Positions 58,325 to 64,000 of a stretch of DNA of 64,000 nt are shown in pieces. The stretch is from the NCBI GenBank assembly GCA_963720965.1, contig CAVRHD010000002.1, forward strand, positions 91,908 through 155,907, read 5' to 3'. The position numbers and the translations under genes are program-made. This DNA comes from an uncultured Chloroflexia bacterium (GTDB lineage: Bacteria; Chloroflexota; Limnocylindria; Limnocylindrales; CSP1-4). The number at the start of each line of letters is the position of its first letter. Position 1 is the stretch's first letter. The notes under the pieces were generated by a model. The model worked only from the letters and a program-made list of their open reading frames with translations. It was not told where the DNA came from and ran no database searches.

Positions 58325-59926
58325 TCAACCGAGCTCGGCCGGGGCAAAGGCCTCCAGGAGGAACTGCGAGGGCGTGGCCGGGTCGTACAGCAGGGTGAGC
58401 GACCGGCGCGCTCGAGTCCAGGCGACGTAGGCGAGCCGGCGCTCCTCCTCGAGCGCCCGCTCGCGCTCCCACGCGTCGTCCAGTGCCCGCCGGCTCGGGA
58501 ACCGATCACCGTCCATCAGCACGAGGACGTGGTCGAATTCGAGCCCCTTGACGGCGTGGGCGGTGGCCAGGCTCAGTTGCGCCGACTCGGTTCGGAGGCC
58601 GACCAGCCTGCGCCGGGCTGCCTCGACCGCTTCGCGCAGGTCCGCCGCGCTCGGATAGCGTGGCGCCCAGCCTGCGAGCAGGTCGCAGGCCGTGGCGAGC
58701 TGGGCGGCCGCGCCGGTCCGGATCCGCCCGATCTGGACGAGCAGCGGGACGCCGGGTTCGGACTGCCCAGCCGCTGTGACCGCGGCCAGGGCGGCGTCGA
58801 GGCCCGCCGCCTCGAGCGGCAGATCGAGGCCGGCCGCCCTGAACGCGATCCCGCGCTCGGCGGCGGCAGAGGCGGCCGCGACCAGCTCGAGGTTCGTCCG
58901 GGCGATGACCGCCCGTGTGGAGCCGTCCGCCGGCCACGACTCGAGGACCCGGCCGATCCGTTCATGATCGGCATTGGCGTCCGGCGCCATGACCAGCCGC
59001 CCCCCACCATCGGGTCCGGCCCGCACGGACTTCCCGAATCGCTCCCGATTGACGGCAATCAGGCGCACCGACCGCTCGACGACAGGCCGCGGACAGCGGT
59101 AGTTGGTGACCAGCGCGTGTCGCTCGAGGCCGGGCAGCCGGCCGGCGAGCCCGAAGATGCGGCGGACGTCGGCGAGGCGCCAGCCGTAGATCGACTGGTC
59201 GTCGTCGCCGACCAGGAAGATCCGATTGCGCGGCATAGCGAGCATCAGCCCGAGCTCGAGCTGGGCCCGGTCGACGTCCTGGATCTCGTCGACGAGCAGA
59301 TGGCTGCAACGGAAGCGCCAGCGCGCGAGCAACTCGGCATCCGCAATGAGAGCCCGCAGGGCCCCGAGCACCAGATCGTCGAAATCGAGCGCGCCCAGCT
59401 CCGCCAGGGCCTGCTCGTAGGCGACGAATCGCCGGGCGATCGGTCCTGCCTGCGGGTCGGCATCGACCTCGGCCGGAGATGCCCCAAGATCAACCTTGAT
59501 CCGCGAGATCGCCGTGTCGAGCTCGGCCAGGCCGGCCTCGTCCAGCTCGGGGAAGAGGCGCTCAAGGACCGATCCGCGATCCGCGATCGCGACCGGCGGT
59601 CCGCCGCCATCGTGCAGGATCTCGCGCCCCAGGGCATGAAACGTGCGGACCCGCACCGCGTCCGGCGCGAGTCCCAGCGGTGCAAGCGCTTCGTTCAGCC
59701 GCTCCGCGACCTCCGCGGCTGCCCGCCGGTTGAACGTGATCGCGGCGATCGTGGCCGGGTCGGCTCCGCCGTCGATCAGCCAGGCAATCCGGGCGATCAG
59801 GGTCGTCGTCTTGCCGCTGCCGGCGGGGGCCAGGCAGAGGACCGGACCGGGCAGTGCAGTCGCCGCGGCTCGCTGGTCCGGAGCGAGCGCGGCCAGCCGA
59901 GCGACCACGCCAGGGTGCAGGTCCAT
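58325..59926 (-). CDS. UvrD/REP-family (SF1) helicase, short form
   Basis: 533 aa from ATG 59926 (MDLHPGVV...). Motifs are Walker A APAGSGKTTTL, VDEIQD, ATAHAVKGLEFDHVLV and VAWTRARRSL. Confidence 0.85.
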   Translation of the reverse strand: MDLHPGVVARLAALAPDQRAAATALPGPVLCLAPAGSGKTTTLIARIAWLIDGGADPATIAAITFNRRAAAEVAERLNEALAPLGLAPDAVRVRTFHALGREILHDGGGPPVAIADRGSVLERLFPELDEAGLAELDTAISRIKVDLGASPAEVDADPQAGPIARRFVAYEQALAELGALDFDDLVLGALRALIADAELLARWRFRCSHLLVDEIQDVDRAQLELGLMLAMPRNRIFLVGDDDQSIYGWRLADVRRIFGLAGRLPGLERHALVTNYRCPRPVVERSVRLIAVNRERFGKSVRAGPDGGGRLVMAPDANADHERIGRVLESWPADGSTRAVIARTNLELVAAASAAAERGIAFRAAGLDLPLEAAGLDAALAAVTAAGQSEPGVPLLVQIGRIRTGAAAQLATACDLLAGWAPRYPSAADLREAVEAARRRLVGLRTESAQLSLATAHAVKGLEFDHVLVLMDGDRFPSRRALDDAWERERALEEERRLAYVAWTRARRSLTLLYDPATPSQFLLEAFAPAELG

Positions 59927-59990
59927 CTGGCGAGTCTGGCCGGGAGCCCTTACCGGGTGGTTCTGTGCCCCTCGCATCCGGCCTCGGGGG

Positions 59991-59996
59991 TACGAT
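59991..59996 (+). promoter_or_regulatory. -10 hexamer TACGAT, leaderless-type promoter of uvrC
   Basis: TACGAT lies 6 nt upstream of GTG 60003. Confidence 0.5.
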
Positions 59997-60002
59997 CGGA
60001 GC

Positions 60003-61853
60003 GTGACCCCCCAGCTCGAAGCCACCCTGCGCAACCTGCCCGACCGGCCCGGCGTCTACCTGCTGAAGGACGCTCGCGGCGTCGTGCTCTACGTGGGCAA
60101 GGCCCAAAGCCTCAGGAATCGGGTCCGGAGCTATTGGCAGAAGCAGAGTCCCGACGGCGAGGCGCACCTGATCCGGAGCGTCATCGATCGGGTGGCCGAC
60201 CTTGAGACGACCCTGACCGACTCCGTGTCCGAGGCCCTCCTCCTCGAGGCCAACCTGGTCAAGCGCTTCCAGCCCCGGTTCAACGTCAGGCTCAAGGACG
60301 ACAAGAGCTATCCCTACATCAAGCTGACGATGACCGATGACTTCCCGAGGGTCGAGCGCACCCGCAAGCTGGTCAACGACGGCAGCCGCTACTTCGGACC
60401 GTATGCCTCGGCGTCGTCCGTGGATGAATCGATGAACCTGATCCGGCGCCTGTTCCCGTTCCGGACGTGCACCATCGACATCACCGAGGGCAAGCGGGCG
60501 CTGGCCCGGCCCTGCCTGCTCTACCACATCAAGCGCTGCCAGGGTCCGTGCATCGAAGCGATCTCGAAGGCCGCCTACGCTCGCGACATTGGCCAGATCG
60601 AGCTGTTCCTGGAAGGTCGCCAGGAGACCCTCGTGGCCGGCCTCAAGGCCGAGATGGAGGCGGCGTCGGAACGGACCGAGTACGAGCGCGCCGCCGCGCT
60701 CCGGGACAAGGTCCGCTCGATCCAACGGACGATGGAAAGCCAGAAGATGGCCGCCTTCGCCAACACCGTCCTTGACCTTGTCGGCCTCGCCCGTCAGGAC
60801 AACCAGGCGGCGGTCCAACTCTTCGTCGTTCGGGACGGGGCGATGATCGGCCGCGATGTGTACTTGCTGGAGGCTCCTCGCGACGTCTCGGACGAGCAGG
60901 TCCTGGTGGGCTTCCTGCTCCAGTTCTACGCCCGGGCAGCGACGGTCCCACCGGAGATCCTCGTCCGGACCCTGCCGGCTGAGGCGGCCGACCTCGAGCT
61001 CTTCCTGGCCGAACGCCGGGGCGGGCCGGTTCACCTGCGCGCGCCCCAGCGTGGCGAGAAGCGAAAGCTGCTCGAGCTGGCCGAGCGGAATGCCGCCGAG
61101 ACGCTCGCCCGCGAGCAGGTCCGCTGGCTGGCCGACCAGGGCAAGACGCTGGGCGCCCTGACCGAGCTCGCCGTCGCCCTCGGCCTGGCCAACCCACCCC
61201 TCCGAATCGAGTGCTACGACATCAGCAACTTCCAGGGCAAGCAGTCGGTAGCGAGCATGGTCGTCTTCGAGGACGGCAAACCGCGGACAGGGGACTACCG
61301 CCGGTTCCGGATCAAGACCGTCGAGGGGGCCAACGACTTCGCGAGCCACCAGGAGGTCCTCCGGCGGCGCTTCCGCCGGGCGGCCGTCGCCGAGGAAGGC
61401 AGCGCCGAGGAGCTGCGCTGGCGCCTGCCCGACCTGGTCATCGTGGACGGCGGGAAGGGCCAGGTGAGCGCGGCCGCCGAGGTGTTCGCCGAGCTCGGCC
61501 TCGACGACGTGCCCCTGGCCGGCCTGGCCAAGGAGCGCGAGGAGCTGTTCCTGCCCGGCCGTTCCGAGCCGATCCTGCTGCCTCCCACGTCAGGCGCCCT
61601 GTACCTGGTCCAGCGCCTGCGCGATGAGGCCCACCGATTCGCGATCACCTACCACCGCGACCTGCGGGCCAAGGCCTCCATCCGGTCCGCCTTCGACGAC
61701 ATGCCGGGCGTCGGCCCGAAGCGCAAGCGGGCATTGCTCAGGGTGTTCGGCTCGACCCGCCGGATCCGCGAGGCGCCGGTCGAGCAGATCGCCGCCGTAC
61801 CGGGGATCGGGCCGGCCCTGGCGGGCCGGATCAAGACTGCCCTGGAGGCCTAG
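60003..61853 (+). CDS. uvrC: Excinuclease ABC subunit C
   Basis: 616 aa from GTG 60003 inside ORF 59643..61853. It has a GIY-YIG N-terminus (PGVYLLKDARGVVLYVGKA), UVR domain (EYERAAALRDKV), endonuclease domain and C-terminal HhH. Confidence 0.94.
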   Translation: MTPQLEATLRNLPDRPGVYLLKDARGVVLYVGKAQSLRNRVRSYWQKQSPDGEAHLIRSVIDRVADLETTLTDSVSEALLLEANLVKRFQPRFNVRLKDDKSYPYIKLTMTDDFPRVERTRKLVNDGSRYFGPYASASSVDESMNLIRRLFPFRTCTIDITEGKRALARPCLLYHIKRCQGPCIEAISKAAYARDIGQIELFLEGRQETLVAGLKAEMEAASERTEYERAAALRDKVRSIQRTMESQKMAAFANTVLDLVGLARQDNQAAVQLFVVRDGAMIGRDVYLLEAPRDVSDEQVLVGFLLQFYARAATVPPEILVRTLPAEAADLELFLAERRGGPVHLRAPQRGEKRKLLELAERNAAETLAREQVRWLADQGKTLGALTELAVALGLANPPLRIECYDISNFQGKQSVASMVVFEDGKPRTGDYRRFRIKTVEGANDFASHQEVLRRRFRRAAVAEEGSAEELRWRLPDLVIVDGGKGQVSAAAEVFAELGLDDVPLAGLAKEREELFLPGRSEPILLPPTSGALYLVQRLRDEAHRFAITYHRDLRAKASIRSAFDDMPGVGPKRKRALLRVFGSTRRIREAPVEQIAAVPGIGPALAGRIKTALEA

Positions 61854-61882
61854 GCCCGGCTCTTCTGCTATTGTCCGGCGCG

Positions 61883-63274
61883 ATGCGCAGAGCCGGTCCG
61901 TTCCTCATCCTGATCATCGGGATCGCCGCCCTTGTCCTCGTCTTCTGGCCGAATCTGACCCTGCCCGGGCTGGGTACGAACCCGTCCCGGGTCGTCCAGA
62001 CGAAGCTCGGGCTGGACCTCCAGGGAGGTGTCCAGGTCGAGTACCAGGCCCTGCCCAACAACGGCGTGAGCCCCGACGCCGGCGACATGAACACCATCCG
62101 GGACATCATCGAGCGCCGGGTCAACTCGATCGGCGTGTCCGAGCCGGAGGTGGTCACCCAGGGCAACGACCGGATCATCGTGTCGCTGCCGGGTGCCACC
62201 GATGTCGATGAGATCACCCGGCTGGTCGGGACGACGGGCGTCCTCGAGTTCATCCCCCTCCCGGCGGCCACCTACGGCACGGCCAGCACGACGACAACCG
62301 GTGGTCCCAACGGCGTCACCCAGGGCAACCCCCTGCCCGACGACCCGACGCTGGTGCCCCTGTTCGGTGGCACGGCGATCACCTCGGCCACGGCGGCCAC
62401 CGACCAGAACGGCCAGCCAGTCGTCGATTTCACGCTCAATTCCGATGCGGCCGGCAAGTTTGGCACGTACACCACGAACAACGTCGGCAACTTCTTCGCG
62501 ATCGTCCTGGACGGCACCGTGATCTCCGCGCCGAGCATCCAGTCTGCGATCCCCGGCGGTCACGGCGAGATCACGGTCGGAACGGGCAGCGGCGCCCAGG
62601 CAGAGGTCAACAACCTCGTAACCGTGCTGAAGTACGGCTCCTTGCCGTTCAAGATCCAGGAGGTCCAGGGCACCTCGATCAGCGCGACCCTCGGCCAGGC
62701 GTTCCTGACTCAGAGCCTGATCGGGGGCGCGATCGGGATCTCCCTCGTGTTCCTGTTCATGCTCCTGTACTACCGGCTCCCGGGGCTGCTGGCGGACGGC
62801 GCCCTGCTCTACTACGCCCTGGTCGTGTACGCCATCTTCCGGTTTATTCCGGTGACCCTCACCCTGGCCGGAATCGCCGGCTTCGTCCTGTCAATCGGCA
62901 TGGCCGTGGACGCGAACATCCTGATTTTCGAGCGGACCAAGGAGGAGCTGCGGGCGGGCAAGTCGCTCGGCTCCGCGATCGAGGCTGGCTTCAGTCGAGC
63001 CTGGAACTCGATCCTCGACTCGAACGTGTCGAGCCTGATCACGGCGTCGATCCTGTACACCTTCGGTTCGCCCACGATCAAGGGCTTCGCCCTCGTCCTG
63101 ATCATCGGAATTCTCGTCTCGATGTTCACCGCGATCGTGGTCACCCGAACCGTGCTGCGCTGGCTGGTCCAGGTGCCCGCCTTCCAGCGGGCGGCCCTGT
63201 TCGGGGTCCGGGACGACGAGTTCCAGGGCCGCTTCGCCGGCCGTCCGCGGCGCGAGGCCCGCGCGCGTGTTTGA
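61883..63274 (+). CDS. secD: Protein translocase subunit SecD
   Basis: About 463 aa from ATG 61883 (MRRAGPFLILIIGIAALVLVFW), with TATTGT 8 nt upstream. It has a periplasmic domain and a C-terminal 5-TM SecD/F block. Confidence 0.9.
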   Translation: MRRAGPFLILIIGIAALVLVFWPNLTLPGLGTNPSRVVQTKLGLDLQGGVQVEYQALPNNGVSPDAGDMNTIRDIIERRVNSIGVSEPEVVTQGNDRIIVSLPGATDVDEITRLVGTTGVLEFIPLPAATYGTASTTTTGGPNGVTQGNPLPDDPTLVPLFGGTAITSATAATDQNGQPVVDFTLNSDAAGKFGTYTTNNVGNFFAIVLDGTVISAPSIQSAIPGGHGEITVGTGSGAQAEVNNLVTVLKYGSLPFKIQEVQGTSISATLGQAFLTQSLIGGAIGISLVFLFMLLYYRLPGLLADGALLYYALVVYAIFRFIPVTLTLAGIAGFVLSIGMAVDANILIFERTKEELRAGKSLGSAIEAGFSRAWNSILDSNVSSLITASILYTFGSPTIKGFALVLIIGILVSMFTAIVVTRTVLRWLVQVPAFQRAALFGVRDDEFQGRFAGRPRREARARV

Positions 63275-64000
63275 TGTCATCGGCAAGCGGCGCTGGTTCT
63301 TCCTGTTCTCGGCGCTGCTCACGATCCCTGGCCTGATCTTCATCCTGCTGACCCCGATCACCAACGGCGCCGTCGGCCTGCAGTTCTCGATCGACTACAC
63401 CGGCGGCACCGAATGGGAGATCAAGCTCGCCAACCCGGATGTGACCGCCGACCAGGTCAAGACGGTCCTGCTGAACCAGGGCGTTGACGACGCCGAGGTG
63501 ATCACGACCAGTGATGGCTACTTCCAGATCCGGACGAAGCTGACCCCGCTGGCGAGCCCATCCCCGGAGGCAAGCCCATCGGCCAGTCCGGGCAGCTCGG
63601 CTGCTCCGAGTGGGTCGGTAGTGCCGAGCGGCTCGCCCGGCCCGAGCCAGGTGCCCAGCCCGAGCCCAGCCGGCTCGCCCGTGCCTTCGCCGTCGCCAAG
63701 CTTGAGCTCGGGTTCATCGCCCGGTCCCAGTCCCAGCTCCTCGTTCGCCTCGGTCGCCCGGCCCGGACCGTCCGGCTCCCCCAATCCTGCGGCCGCCTCG
63801 ACCGGCTCGGACTCGCAGATCCCGACGACCGGCAAGTTCGGCGAGATCGCGGCAGCCATTGAAGCGTCGCTCGGTCCGATCTCTTCGCAACGGGCCTTGA
63901 CGACCGTCGGCCCGGTGATCAGCCAGGAGCTGACCCAGCAGGCCGTCCTCCTGGTGATCCTTGGCTCGATCGGGATCCTGGCCTGGATGACGTTCCGCTT
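63267..64000 (+). CDS. secF: Protein translocase subunit SecF (5' part, runs off the window) with a Ser/Pro-rich insertion
   Basis: GTG 63267 overlaps the secD stop. The N-terminal TM is RRWFFLFSALLTIPGLIFILL. The SecF motif SIDYTGGTEW follows, then an S/P-rich stretch of about 95 aa, then LTTVGPVISQELT. Confidence 0.85.
   Translation, partial: MFDVIGKRRWFFLFSALLTIPGLIFILLTPITNGAVGLQFSIDYTGGTEWEIKLANPDVTADQVKTVLLNQGVDDAEVITTSDGYFQIRTKLTPLASPSPEASPSASPGSSAAPSGSVVPSGSPGPSQVPSPSPAGSPVPSPSPSLSSGSSPGPSPSSSFASVARPGPSGSPNPAAASTGSDSQIPTTGKFGEIAAAIEASLGPISSQRALTTVGPVISQELTQQAVLLVILGSIGILAWMTFR

Overview
This is a very GC-rich bacterial chromosomal window whose gene order and promoter style look Actinobacteria- or Chloroflexi-like. 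It is almost entirely coding and is dominated by core genes: pcrA-ligA-gatC-gatA, gatB, dnaE, polA-mutM-ABC-F-coaE, uvrB, uvrA, uvrC, secD/secF and one tRNA-Leu(CAA). Several patches look accessory. They are a BMP-lipoprotein/ABC (nucleoside-type) transporter operon with a nucleoside hydrolase and a second BMP lipoprotein, a GGDEF-EAL protein, a small unrecognisable ORF coupled to a zinc-ribbon/class III cyclase/STAND-ATPase/TPR protein, a P450, an ECF sigma/anti-sigma pair, and ion-transport genes (P-type ATPase, K+ channel, SulP). I see no CRISPR array, no mobile element and no self-contained novel multi-gene system that I can defend. Five things deserve a second look. (1) Frame disruptions are clustered: 2 in gatB and at least 8 in three of the four genes of the ABC operon, while many long neighbouring genes are intact. 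(2) A non-coding region of about 400 bp between tRNA-Leu and the ECF sigma gene is visibly structured, and an 18-nt hairpin element in it recurs exactly upstream of uvrB. (3) GAAC-N4-GTTC SOS boxes sit in front of uvrB and uvrA. (4) Leaderless-type promoters (TANNNT 6-9 nt before the start codon) are pervasive, including back-to-back divergent pairs. (5) The unknown-ORF/cyclase-STAND cassette. Long antisense ORFs in the six-frame track are treated as high-GC artefacts.
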